A stretch of DNA of 64,000 bases from Octopus sinensis. Lineage: Eukaryota. The position numbers and the translations under genes were made by a program. Position 1 is the first letter of the stretch, and each line of letters opens with the position of its first letter. Below the pieces are notes generated by a model that saw only the letters and a program-made list of their open reading frames with translations, was not told the DNA's origin and ran no database searches. This document shows, in pieces, positions 50,640-63,945 of the stretch. The DNA lies in contig NC_043011.1 in assembly GCF_006345805.1 (NCBI RefSeq), positions 8,680,001 through 8,744,000 on the forward strand, given 5' to 3'.

Positions 50640-52500
50640 AGAAAATAGGCATTACTATACCATCCATACTAGATACAAACCACGGATCCAACACAGTAAA
50701 TTGGAATTGAAGAGTTTAGACAAAAAAAAACATCCCTGGAAATACTTAAAGCTTTCCAAAGCTGATGTAGATATAATATATACACCTGTTCTTGCTGAAC
50801 GAAGTTAGGGGTCTGATGCGAACAAAAAGGTACTTTAATATAACAACAGCAGAACTATAAAAATACAAAGTGCCAGAAAAAGGGAAATTGATTAGTGTAA
50901 TGAAAATAATAATAATATATGTAAGGAAATGATTGAGTACAGTGTAGAAAGCAACTATGCTAAAGAAAAATATGTCAATAAGAACGGAATAGCAGAAAAG
51001 ATTTGAAAAAAAAAAAGGAATGAAAAATATGAAGACAAAACTTCAAAATATGCTGAAGGTAAAATGAAGAGAGAAACCATTGCATGGTCAATATCTCAGA
51101 AGATTAAATCGAGAGGACTTGAATCAGAATGAAAACCAACTATGAACTGAAGATTCTGGGCTAAAAGAAGCAAAAGATTTGATTTTAGCTCCACAAGACC
51201 AATGCAGAACCTTAAAAGGTAAAAAGACAAAATGAAAAAAAGAGATTAAATTGAATACAGATTGTGACATGGTTGACCCCAATGTCTGAGTTTATTTGCC
51301 GACACAATCCAATTGGGAGCTAAGTGCACAAAACCAACATTTTGACAGGAATCTCCCCCTTCATTTTTATTATCTTCACAAGATTTTGAGTTAACATTGG
51401 TTCGATTTCATATCCAACCAATGACTCTCCTCAGAGACCAGGATGGGTCCTGTTACTTGTATGATTTGGGAGTCTCAGCTCAGACTGTTTGGTCATATTG
51501 CTCAATTTTCTGGCAGAGGTGATTGCCCATGTTGACTGGCTGCAGGCCATATATGGTCATGGCAGATGAAGAAATATCTTGCAAAGATAGGGGATTCATT
51601 GGGACAGTGCTTGGAGGGTTGCCCAGGACAACCCACGCAAATATCAACAAATGTTGGATGCACTGCAATACTGCATTCCCTCATACCTGATCTGACCCAT
51701 TTGCTATCTCTACTGACATAGGTTGGATACTTTGACAGGATGCTGGAGGACTGTGCTGTACTCCAGTGTTGCTTTGGCAACGGTTTTTATTGCCAACTGC
51801 CCTTCTTTAATGCCAGCCCCTTTACTTAGTGTACTTGGTGCTTTTTACATGGGTGCTGCATTAATGATTTAATACATGAGGTTGCCATGTAGATTGCATG
51901 ACTAAGACCCTGTTCAAATGAATGAGAATGTAATAGAGAGGGTGGCAGCTTTAGTTTAAGGGATTAAAAGGTTAGAGAAGTACGAAGGAAAGGGCCAGAA
52001 CAAGTTTCTTGCTGTGGTGGAGATACATAGCTACATGCATTATAAAAAAAATGGGAGGGAGTAATCAAGAAGGTGCTTGAAAGGGAGATAAAAATGGTGG
52101 TGATGTGGTGTTAGGATTAGCCCAAGGGAGAGCAAGCAAGTTAGGGGTTGCAAGGGTGAAGAATGTTTAGGGATGTGAATTGATGGAAGTTGTGTACAGA
52201 TTATGGTGCATAATAATGACTTTGCCAGATGTCAAGGCTAACTGTCCAGATATAGTAATGAAGGACTGGCACCAAATTATCCGTTCATTAATACATGTGG
52301 AGAAACTGTCAGCACAGAACAACTGGAAATTAAAATACGTAGGATGTAGGGCATGAAATTAAATAGAAATACATCACCTGTAGTAATTAGAGCATCGGTA
52401 TGATTGCAAAACTATCAACAAGAACATAACAACCACACCAGGGCTTATAACATTACAGACAATCCAATTGAACTGCTCTGATAAGCACAGGTTGCATTCT
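50640..52500 (+). mobile_element. Decayed R4/Dong-like LINE interrupted by other repeats (about 51300-52200)
   Basis: KADVDIIYTP (RT C-term), SGLKEAKDLILAPQDQ, then after the insert KANCPDIVMKD...EKLS...LEIKIRRM*GMK...TSPVVIRA (PD-(D/E)xK region). Confidence 0.65.
51430..51705 (+). mobile_element. 3' end of an RTE-X/L2-like LINE nested in the R4-like fragment
   Basis: ETRMGPVTCMIWESQLRLFGHIAQF (QLRLFGH motif); ends cctgatctgacc. Confidence 0.5.
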
Positions 52501-52610
52501 TTGAAAGATGCTTTAGTAGGCTGTAGAAATCGCTATTCAGTAAAATAAGACATTTTGTCAATTCATTGTCTACAAAATCACCACCAAACTGTGTAACACC
52601 AAATATTCAA

Positions 52611-53142
52611 GGAAACACTTACGCCCGCCCCCTCACCCTCATTTTCTCCCAAATTTGTTTATTTAAAAAATTTCTTTTTTTTGTCTTTTTTTTTTGGATA
52701 CTTAGGTTCCAGAAAATTGCCAAAAATCGACTTTGTTAAATTCCACCCCCACCAAATTCTTCAATTTTGACTTTTTTCCCCTACACTAACCCTAACCATA
52801 AAACCGTAACCGTAACTACAGAAATGTTTAGAAATTTTTGTCTGTATTTTTCTGCATATTTAGAAAAAAAAAATTCTTAAAAAAACAATTTTACAAAAAT
52901 TTTTGGAAATTTTTTTAGAATCATAATCTCTGTATTTTTTGGCATATTTTGAGAAAAAAAAATTTCTGAAAACAGTAAAAAATTAAGGAAATGGTGTGGT
53001 AATTTAAAAATGCCAATTTTTGCCAATTTTTTTGCAGATTCGTATTCCCCGTAGCCAAAAAGGATGGTGGGGTTGTTTCGTAAAAGAAAAAAAAATTTGA
53101 AAAAAGGGTGGTTTTGTGGGGGGAGACGGGCGAAGTCTTTCC
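52611..53142. mobile_element. Non-autonomous DNA transposon with 8-bp TSD (Merlin-like GG termini)
   Basis: TIRs GGAAACACTTACGCCCG / CGGGCGAAGTCTTTCC; exact TSD ATATTCAA at 52603-52610 and 53143-53150. Confidence 0.75.
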
Positions 53143-53406
53143 ATATTCAACATAATCAACATCCTCTCAAATAATATACACTCACCCATGACTAATACCT
53201 GATACTATTGCCCCAAATATTCACTTGCCTTGCAGTAAACTATGGACTAGCTCCATTATATAATCTTTCTGATTTAAAATGATCAAGATTATTAAAACCT
53301 TCCAATCAAAATTTTCATGTTCCTTTCTGTTCCAAACACTAGTTATTATATGAAATTTTTCAATATTTCCAAAATTAATTGAAACAAAAAGAATATTCTT
53401 ATAGTC

Positions 53407-53790
53407 GCAGGAGTGGCTGTGTTGTAAGTAGCTTGCTTACTAACCACACGATTTCCGGGTTCAGTCCCACTGTGTGGCACCTTGGGCAAGTGTCTTCTAC
53501 TATAGCCTCAGGCAGACCAAAGCCTTGTGAGTGGATTTGGTGGACGGAAACTGAAAGAAGCTCGTCGTATAAATGTATATATATATATGTGTGTGTGTGT
53601 GTCTGTGTTTGTCTCCCCAACATCGCTTGACAACTGATGCTGGTGTGTTCACATCCCCGTAACTTAGCAGTTTGGCAAAAGAAACCGATAGAATAAGTAC
53701 TAGGCTTACGGGGTCGATTTGCTCGACTAAAGGTGATGCTCCAGCATGGCCACAGTGAAATGACTGTAACAAGTAAAAGAGTAAAAAGAA
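53407..53790 (+). mobile_element. tRNA-derived CORE-like SINE family A (others about 171-567 -, 14850-15180 -, 15641-16067 -, 24140-24290 +, 28412-29295 + split, 32482-32871 -, 34770-35100 -, 36430-36600 -)
   Basis: A/B-box head gtggctgtgtggtaag...gggttcagtccc, ccttgggcaagtgtctt core, central (TA/TG)n, tail aacaagtaaaagagtaaaa; many dispersed copies. Confidence 0.9.
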
Positions 53791-54274
53791 CATAAACAGA
53801 AATTTGATAATATAAGGGATAAAGGAAATAAATAATGATAAAAATCTGTTTCAAGCCTGAACCAATTTCCTCCATTGGAATCCGAAAATTACGTCTGGAA
53901 CCCCAGACTTCCTTGTCCCTAGATTAAAAACGATAGCTCTACAGCCAATGCTAAGCATGAAGTGATTGTTTCAGGTTCTAAAACTCAGGGGCTTTAGCAG
54001 ACACAAAAAGTCTTGAGCCTTCAACATTCAGATTTCGCTCAAATGTATTTTCATGTATTTGATGTAGTTTACATGGTTTTGAGTTGTAATCCGGCATTAA
54101 TCACAAAGCTTCAAGATTCCAATGTTGTCAGTGTTTATTTCTAGAATGACATTGTAGGGTAGGTGTGAGAGGCAGAATCTGGTCAGCTTGGATAGAAAAC
54201 AGGTAGAATATTTTGGTCAGAGGGAGCCAGTTTAAATGCTAGGGGGTCAATAATAATAATAATAATAATAATAA

Positions 54275-54856
54275 ATGCCCTGATGCAGTACCAGACAGTG
54301 GCTCTCGTGGCTTCTGATCTTAACTGATAGGAAGTGTTATCATGTACATTGTTTTGTCTTGGTATAAAAGATGGGCTAACAGCAAATATTCTGCTCAATG
54401 CCACAGATTTGCTGATCAGTTGTTTGACCTTAACCAGTTGAGCATGTCCCTTGGTGACTGACAATATGTGCATCTCTGATCACGAGCAGAAGTAGTGGGG
54501 GAGCATCATAGCCATGTGTTGAAAGGAATTCTTGGAGGTTTGGATAATTCAACTTTGGAAACATGGGTGGTTCATTCAACGTCCTTAAACAATCCTTATT
54601 CAGGGACCTTTTGAGTAGGATGGGCTACTCGACCAGAAGAAAATTCTAACTGGGCCCCACCTGCAAGGTCACATGCTGTTTATCTTGATATGAGATCACC
54701 ATGTCGCGCACATATGGTTGTGATGCATGTGCCTGGTGTACCTTTATCAGACGGGTAGTCATGATGGGTATATTGGGCTTCGTATATTTTACCCCAGTGT
54801 CACTTTGATGGCATGCACTGCTCTCCCACTCAATAATAATAATAATAATAATAATA
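54275..54856 (+). mobile_element. Dispersed repeat flanked by (TAA)n, probably a LINE 3' UTR (partial copy 25170-25370)
   Basis: About 200 nt near-identical at both loci (ctgggccccacctgcaaggtc...ctctcccactcaataataat). Confidence 0.65.
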
Positions 54857-56112
54857 ATATCACTGAATACATGTGCATGTACCACAATGAACAAATGCTC
54901 CTTTTTTTACAGTAAAAAAAAAATACTCCTGTTTCACAATTAACATCACAGTGAACAAATACTTGTATCACAATGAACAAATATACTCCTGTCTCACAAT
55001 GAACAAGTGCTCCTTGTGTCATGGTGAATAAATATACTCCTGTGTAACATTCAATAAATATTTGATTTCTGGGGGAAAAAGCCACAGTGAGAGAGAGAGG
55101 GAAAAGGAGGAGAAAGAGTGGATGAATGGATGGATACATACATACCTATCAATTATTAATAATTTTTTTTTTTTTTAATAATTACAAAACAACCCAAACA
55201 CAAATGTAAAACTGACTCAATACCAAAAGTCATCAGCCAGGAACAAGTATGAGTTGTGTTAACACATACAATGCTTTCACTTGTTGATTTATGTGCTTTT
55301 GTGGTATCAATCGGACATAGTCACTCTCTCTATACTCCTGCTCTTTAACACTGTAGCACAGCTGGTACTTTTTTTTCAGTTTGAGTAGACTGGAGCAATG
55401 TGTGAAACAAAGTCTCTCGCTCAAGGATAACACACAACAAGCATACTAACACATATGTAAACACTGCTCTATTGAATGGTACTGTCTAAGGTATCAAAAC
55501 CATAGTGATATCTGTTTGAGCAGCCGATGATGGGAATGCACATGTTATGCTCTGTTGTGAATTACTTATATCTTAGTCTCATTATTCTGAGCTGTCCTTC
55601 ATTCTTGGAAAGTAGAAAGTATTTGTGGATTCAGTTTGTGGGGATCATTTACATTGGTATTATTTGATTTCCTTAATAGGTAACCTAATTAGGTTTGGAT
55701 AATGCTTAGATATAGGTGTCTAGTTTTGAGTGGTTCTATGGTATGTATGTATTCATGAAGAGCCAACAGTTACCAAGTATGTCTTGGTAAAGTGTACCAT
55801 ACTTTTGTTAATTGTTTCAGGTGTCCATGTAATCACCGGTAGAAACAGACACCCTTAAAAGAGGATTGTTGATGTTGTTGTTGTTTAGCCCCGGGACAGC
55901 CCTGATCAAGCAAATGTGTGAACAAATTAGTTCAAACTGTGATCATCTCATCTTTGTTTAAAGTAAATTAAAAGCCAGCTGTTAACTGCAAACGAGAATG
56001 GCTTCGTTACATGCACCAGGTTTTTGCAAATTGCTTTCGCTGTGTAAGCAATCATAAGCAGACACAAATGCTCTCTCGACTCTCACCCTCTGACCCAGGG
56101 ACACATTCAAGA

Positions 56113-56411
56113 TGAGATAAACGGAGAGAGAGAGAGAGAGAGTTGTACCAGAACTCACTTGGTCCTCATTTACAGCTAAGCAGACTGAAGCAACATAAAA
56201 TGAAGTGTCTTGCCCAAGGATACAATATGCTACCTGGCCTAGAAATTGAACCCATGACCTTAGGATTAAGAGTCAAACATTCCTAATAACTAGGTTTTTG
56301 TTTTGTTGTTTATTAAATACTAGAAACAACGGTTGTGATAGAGATTATAGTTTTCCCTGTGGTACAGAGAACAAAGTCAACCACCTACATTTGTCACAAC
56401 ACCCATGTGAC

Positions 56412-56449
<38 letters not shown>

Positions 56450-56830
56450 GGCATAAACATACAGTGGTATAAGCACATACACACTCACACAGGCATAAAT
56501 ACACACACACACACACATAAAGTCATAAACATACACACACATGCATACATACAGGCCTAAGCACAGAGGCATAGACACACACACAGTAGTATAAACACAC
56601 ACACACACATACACACACACAGAGGAATAAATACACATACACACAATCCTAAATGCACCCAGGGATGTTTGACTCTTAATCCTAAGGTCATGGGTTCAAT
56701 TTCTAGGCCAGGTAGCATATTGTGTCCTTGGGCAAGACACTTCATTTTATGTTGCTTCAGTCTGCTTAGCTGTAAATGAGGACCAAGTGAGTTCTGGTAC
56801 AACTCTCTATCTCTCTCTCCGTTTATCTCA
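56113..56830. repeat. Near-perfect inverted duplication (arms 56113-56284 and 56661-56830)
   Basis: About 170-bp diverged SINE-head fragment present in both orientations with only a few mismatches; (CA)-rich spacer. Confidence 0.92.
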
Positions 56831-58069
56831 ATCCAGTATAAACATATAGACATAAACACACACACAGGAATAAACACACGTACACACACTCCTAAACGCA
56901 CCCAGCAGTATAAACATACAGACACACACACACACACACACACAGAAGCATAAAAATATACACATACCATATTGTATTCCAGTTAATCAACAACAGTTTA
57001 TGATAGCAATTGGATTAGGTGGTGGTGGTGGTGGTGGTGGTGGTGGTGGTGGTGGTGGTGGTGAAGTTCTGCACATTCAACCATTGACTGACCAACCAAC
57101 TGACAGCAACAACAATAACAATAACATCAACACCACACAAAAGAGAACTAACTGCATCAATAAATCTTTTGTTCAGTGATGTCCTACAAATACCTCTTTC
57201 TTCTTCTTGTTCTTGTTCTTGTGCCTGGTTCAATGTTTTAATTGCTGGTGTTGTTCTTTAACCCTAGGTCAGTCCTGACAGAAGGTATTGAAGCCTTTTA
57301 GATACCAATCTCTCTGAAAATGCTTCTGGTTTTATTATATAAACATCTTGTCTTTGATGTTTTGCAAACAACTTACATATGCAAGTGTTACCAGTCGAGA
57401 ACTCTGCATTCCGGGAGCCAGCAAGTGTATGGGGTCATCAGGAGAGAATGTGCGCCATTTGGGGGCCTACCTCTTGACAACATCAATGTGCACCGCCCCT
57501 ACCTCACTGATATGAGGCCCCGCTTGCTCGATCAACTGGTTATTAAATAAAACTCAATATACTTCTAGCCATCGCTCATCGTCTCTTTTTAACCAAATCC
57601 AGTGACTAGCCTCCTCCACTGTAGATTGGATATCGGTCATGGTGGCATTGACTTTACCTTCTCAGCCAAAATGGTAAGCAGCATTTCTCTTGCTTCTTTA
57701 TGTTCTGGGTTCAAACTCCACCAAGGTTGACTTTGCCTGGTCTTCCTTTCAGAATCAATAAAACCAGTTAAGTTTTAAAGGAATATAACGACTAATATCA
57801 ATTAACTGTCTTCATAATACTTAGGTAAATAAAAATCAATTTTTACACTAGAAAAATAATAGGGTTCCTAATCCTAGTTTGTTTTTAAAATTTCAAAGCA
57901 CCAATAATAAAAAGAAAATAAATCAAAGACAAATCAATTTTTAAAATTTTACCAAAAAAACCCAATTATGTATATTCCGTTACATAACACTCACTCATCT
58001 CACTTTGATTTCAACCAAAAAATTTTAATATAAACAGCAGTTAAGTACTGTGACTAGATGCCCACCCCC

Positions 58070-58264
58070 TATTATTATTATTATTATTATTATTATCATT
58101 ATTATTATTATCATTATTATTATTATTATTATTAGTTGTGTTGTTATTTTTATTATCATCATCATCATTATTATTATTATATTATTATTATTATTATTAT
58201 TATTATTATCATTATTATTATTATCATTATTATTATTATTATTATTATCATTATTATTATTATT

Positions 58265-58344
<80 letters not shown>

Positions 58345-58345
58345 G
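58070..58345. repeat. (ATT)n/(ATC)n trinucleotide tract, about 275 bp
   Basis: Directly visible. Confidence 0.97.
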
Positions 58346-59960
58346 GCAGTGAGCCAGCAGCTTAGACAAAATGTTTAATGATGTTATTTTCAATGCTTTA
58401 TACTCTGAGTTCAAGTTCCATCAAGGTCAATTATATCTTTCATTCTTTTGGGGTCGATAACATGAAAGTGCTAGCGGTTGATGTAAGCAACCTTCCCCAA
58501 CCCATCACAAATTTCTGACCTTTGACCCTGCAATGGACTAGCATCCCATTCAGAGGACAGTCGTTGTTAAGTTGTCAATGTTTGGGGCATAAATTAACAC
58601 AACTCTCAGTCAAATGCCATGGAAACTGACCAATAGGTCTTTGAATCATCAAGTGAAAAAGGCTAATTAAAACTAATTAACCCCTTCCAGTAAAATTTCA
58701 TATTAATTTATGTCCAAAATATCAGTTGAATAATGATAAAGTTGTTTTGATTTGTTATTTTTTTTTACTAAATTCTTCATTATTTTTCTAAATTAATGAA
58801 AATCCTAGCAGAGTATTTCATCAGAAACAAGGCAGCAAAAGAGTTAAGCGTTTTTATACCAGCGTACCTGGCACCAAAATACCTTGGTTCTGTGGTACAC
58901 GAATTCATGTTTTCATAATGATTGTAATTATAAATTTCTATCAAAAATTCTATGTTAATTAATATCCCAAAGACCAGCTCAACCCTTTCTCATTCAGATT
59001 CCTTTGTCAAATATAATGATTATTTATACATATTTTAAAAAATTAATCATGTAATATTTTGTAGCTTAGACATATTGAAGATGTGGTAATTTATTTTTAG
59101 AATGACATTACCGGGTAGGTGTGAGAAGCTGGATCCGGGTCGGTTTGAACATAAAACAGGTAGAATATTTGGGTTGGATATGTCCAGTTTAAAAGCTAAA
59201 GAGTTGATAATGCCAAAGACTGGTTTCCATGCCAGTGGCACGTAAAAAGCACCAACCGATCGTGGCCGTTGCCAGCCTCGCCTGGCACGTAAAAAGCACC
59301 CACTACACTCACGGAGTGGTTGGCGTTAGGAATGGCATCCAGCTGTAGAAACTCTGCCAGATCAGACTGGAGCCTGGTGCAGCCTTCTGGCTTCCCAGAC
59401 CCCGTCGAGCTGTCCAACCCATGCTAGCATGAAAAACGGACGTTAAATGATGATGATGATGATGTTTTACTAAATTCTTCATTTTTTAAAAATTAATTGA
59501 AATAGAAGGAGTGTCTTTTAAGAGGAATATGGTTAAGTGCGAGCTAATAATGGTAAAGTTATTTTACTTTATTATTTTCAAAATGAATCGAAAGACAAAT
59601 CATGTATTTCAGAAAAAATATGGTAACAAAAGGGGTTAACCCTTTTCATACAAACATATCTGAAATTGCCCCTTTTTCTGGGATACAAAGAATGATGGTT
59701 CAACACTGGATAGGTTGATAAATTCTTTAATGGAATAAAGTTGAGAAATCCCATTAACACTTCCCGTAAGTTTTTCCTCAATCATGAAAGTAACTTGTGA
59801 CCTTATGAAAGGAAAGCCTTATAATACTTCGACTTTATGCAACGAGGGCAGACTAAAAGTCTGAAAAAAAGGGACACTTAGGACAAATGGTCTGAAATAG
59901 TATAGGGCAGGCAAAGAGTAAAAGTATACACATACATATATGTATGTATGTGTATATGTA

Positions 59961-59996
<36 letters not shown>

Positions 59997-60194
59997 GTCA
60001 CAATGAGGATATTTAAGCCTCTTATAAGGATATTTTATCTAAGATACACTGGTTTAATTTATTAGATTTTGAAGAGATATTTCTTCAATGAATATATTTT
60101 ATAAAATATTGTAAAATATCAAATGTTATTATTAAGTTTGAAAATGGGGAGATCCAAATGGATGCAGATTTATTTATTAATTAATTAACACCTT

Positions 60195-60296
60195 CACCTA
60201 CAATTGTTTCATTTCGCATCCAATATAAACTACAAAATATATATAAATATATGAGCTTGCATTTCAAAATATCTGGGGTGGAAGATCATCAGGGCA
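60195..60296 (-). ncRNA. Partly decayed hammerhead motif
   Basis: Minus strand: TGCC-CTGATGA...GAA-ACAATTGT-A-GGTG; palindrome ACAATTGT; stem II poorly paired. Confidence 0.45.
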
Positions 60297-61399
60297 TGAA
60301 AAAGAACAATACAAGGATTACATTATGATCTGTTGGAATACTCGAAAAAACATATATATATATATATATACTTTATTTAACAAGGCTACCACTGTGTTCA
60401 TGTAGAGAGAAATCTCTCCAAAATGGAGATGTGGTAGGCTTGAAAATTGTTGAGAGATTTCTCTCAACATGAAACCATTGGTAGCCTTGTTAACTCATAA
60501 GTAAAGAATATTTATCCACCAATGTTGTGCTGAGTGCTCATTCTCACTGTTCGATATTAACATGCATATATATATATATATACACATATACCTAATTACA
60601 TCCGCATATACACATACCAATAATGTGTGTGTATGTATATATATACATACATATTTATGTGTGTGAGAGAGAGAGAGAGAGAAAGAAAGAAACGGTGTGT
60701 GTGTTTGCGTGTATGTTTTTATTTGCATCGTTTTATTTCTTCTCAGAAAAAAACAATACAGACAAAAAAAAAACCCCAAAACGATGGAGTCCTTAGGAAA
60801 CATTGAAATGTGTTTGAACAGAGGGTCACAAAGTTGACGAGTGTCCTTCGCTGGCTACTTACAACAATGGGCTGTTCTATCTTCAACATATCACCATCAC
60901 CATCCCCCATCAAGATCATCATGTGTACCGATACTACTACCACTACTACTACCACCACCACCACCACCACCATCATCATTGTTTTAATGACCGACTACAT
61001 AAAATGAAAAAGTTAATGCATGTCTATATAGTCATACATACACACATACATGCATACATATATGTTATATATATATATGTTATATTTATATATATATATA
61101 TGTTATATTTATATGTGTGTTATATTTATATATGTTATATATATATATAAATGTTATATGTATATATGTTATATATATATATGTGTGTGTGCGTGTTTTA
61201 TATATATATATATTTGTTATATGTATATATATATATATATATATACATTTGTGCATACATACATGAAAGAAAAATTCATTCTGTGATATATATAATACCT
61301 AACCAATAGTGATAATCAATAACCAATAATATTGTTGTTGTTCCTGTTGTTATGATGATCAGTATCAACATTGCTGTTGCTCTTGCTATATTATTATTA

Positions 61400-61431
<32 letters not shown>

Positions 61432-61746
61432 GTTGTTGTTGTTGTTATTATCATCATCATCATCACCATATGTTGTTATGATCAATATCAGCTGTTTTTC
61501 TAGTTTCTGTTACGAGATGTTGTTGCTGCTGCTACTGCTGTTGTTACTATTATGGGTTTATATATATATATATACACGTATATACATTTGTTTTCTTCTC
61601 AATTTCATTATTGCAGTTATATTTATTGCTCATATTGTTGTTGTTGTTGTTTTTAATTAGTCCAGATTCATTCTCTCCGTCTCCTTCCTTCCTTCATTTC
61701 GCTTCGTTAGAATGAAAACGAAATTCATAGACACAGCCACCAACTC

Positions 61747-61779
<33 letters not shown>

Positions 61780-62029
61780 TATGACCATCATTGTCACCAC
61801 CATCGTCATCATCTGTCATCATCACCATTATTAAGGAAGCCATCATCATCATCGTCACCACCACCACCATAATCACCATCATCGTCATCTTCATTACTAT
61901 CGTCATCATAATTGTTGTATACATACTCATACCCTTTGCAATCATACAAACAGATACACACTCATATAAACTGAAGGCGGGGAGGTGGCAGAAACGTTAG
62001 TACCAGTTACACACTGGGGTCAATGTAAT

Positions 62030-62370
62030 TGACTTAGTTAGTTAGTTAGTTAATTTTTTGGCTCAAAAAGCAAAAAGCAAGGCCATGTAGGGGGACATGG
62101 AGTTATGTACAGGGTGGTGTTCATGTAAAGAGTTCAGGTCACTTGTGGTCAAGAGAGACTTTGAACCGGGCGGTCATCGGCATCTTCACCATCTTGTCCA
62201 GCAGCTTATTCCATGGATCCGCAACCCGGACAGAGAAAGCCCCTCTCCTTTGATTGAGATGAAATCGTCGTAGATAGAGCTTTTCGGAGTGACCCCGCAG
62301 CCAACGCTCTGGAGCAGGAGTGAAGAACAGCTCCTTCGAGAGGTTACACTTTCCACTTATGATGTTGCCC
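62030..62370 (-). mobile_element. 5'-truncated CR1-type LINE inserted into a SINE
   Basis: ELFFTPAPERWLRGHSEKLYLRRFHLNQRRGAFSVRVADPWNKL...FKVSLDHK* (RGH..KL...FS.RV...WN.L...FK..LD); (TAAC)n tail. Confidence 0.85.
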
Positions 62371-62465
62371 TTTGTCTGTCCTTTTTTTTTTATCCCCTCT
62401 ATGTTTAGCCCCTTGTGGGCAATGAAGAAATAACAAACAGATACATACACACACACACACACCCA

Positions 62466-62507
<42 letters not shown>

Positions 62508-62521
62508 ACACACACACACAC

Positions 62522-62555
<34 letters not shown>

Positions 62556-62789
62556 GCCTACCTGATTGCATGTGTGTGTGTGTGTTTTCTGGGTGAAGGG
62601 CTTCATTCACTTTCCCTCTCTTTTTCATTTAGACTAGTGTCTATTATACTGCATTCAGCTATTAGTGGACATAGAGAGCATGTGTATGTTAAAGGTTCTG
62701 GGACCCCCCCCCCACCTTGATGGTCCCTGCTCTTAACAGGGAGACACACAGCCATCATCAGTGTAGTCTAAAAAGGCTTTAGGCTTTGT

Positions 62790-63513
62790 ACCGCATCATG
62801 ATGATCATCATAATAACCATCATCACAACCAGCATCATCATCATCATCATCATCATTGATACTCATCATCTTATGATTGTAGTTGTTGTCTTCATCGCCA
62901 ACCACCATCCTCCACCACCACCACCACCACCATCCTCCACCACCACCATCTTCCACCACCATCATCTTCCACCACCACCATCTTCCACCAACACCATCCT
63001 CCACCAATACCACCACTACCATCTTCATGAGCTTCAGCATCACCACCATCACCACAATCATCATCATGACAATCATCATTATCCTCATCATTACTATTTT
63101 TTAATCATCATCATCACCACCACCACCACCATTCTATTTTTCTTCCAATATAGACGAGCAGTATCAATACAGTTGTGATGTTTTGTTGTTGATGCCCTTA
63201 CCATCTTTTTATTTTGTTACTGTTTGACCTTCCAGCTGCCAAATGCTATCACCACCACCACCACCACACCACCACCACCACCGCCACCACCACCACCACC
63301 ACCACCACCACCGCCACCACCACCACCACCGCCACCACCACCATCGCCATCATAACCATCATTGCCATCATCATTGTCACCAGCATCATAATCATTTAAC
63401 GCCTAACAAGAAAGCCACCAAAGACTTTTTGCAACTATATTCCATTTAGAAAATTGTGAAAAAACAAATTTACATTTATACATTTGTTGTCTTGTATTAT
63501 AAACATTAATGCA

Positions 63514-63610
<97 letters not shown>

Positions 63611-63611
63611 A

Positions 63612-63674
<63 letters not shown>

Positions 63675-63745
63675 ACTATCTATCTATCTATCTATCTAAC
63701 TATCTATCTATCTCTATATCTATCTATCTATCTATCTATCTAGTT
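62790..63745. repeat. (CAT/CAC)n low-complexity block and (TATC)n = (GATA)n tract at 63515-63745
   Basis: Directly visible. Confidence 0.95.
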
Positions 63746-63903
63746 AACTAGCTAACTAGATATTTGGCTGTGTATCTATATCTATTTATATATCTATATA
63801 TACATATATATGTCTGTCTATCTCTCCATAGCTATCAAACTCTACAACACACACTTACATGGATAGGTGTTTGTATGTGTGTATGTGCTGATATATATAT
63901 ATA

Positions 63904-63945
<42 letters not shown>

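Noticed and set aside
52785-52815. Interstitial telomere (CTAACC-like) sequence
   Set aside because: Only 2-4 degenerate units, inside a MITE.
57019-57062. (GGT)n G-quadruplex candidate
   Set aside because: An ordinary microsatellite; only two-tier G4 potential and no functional context.
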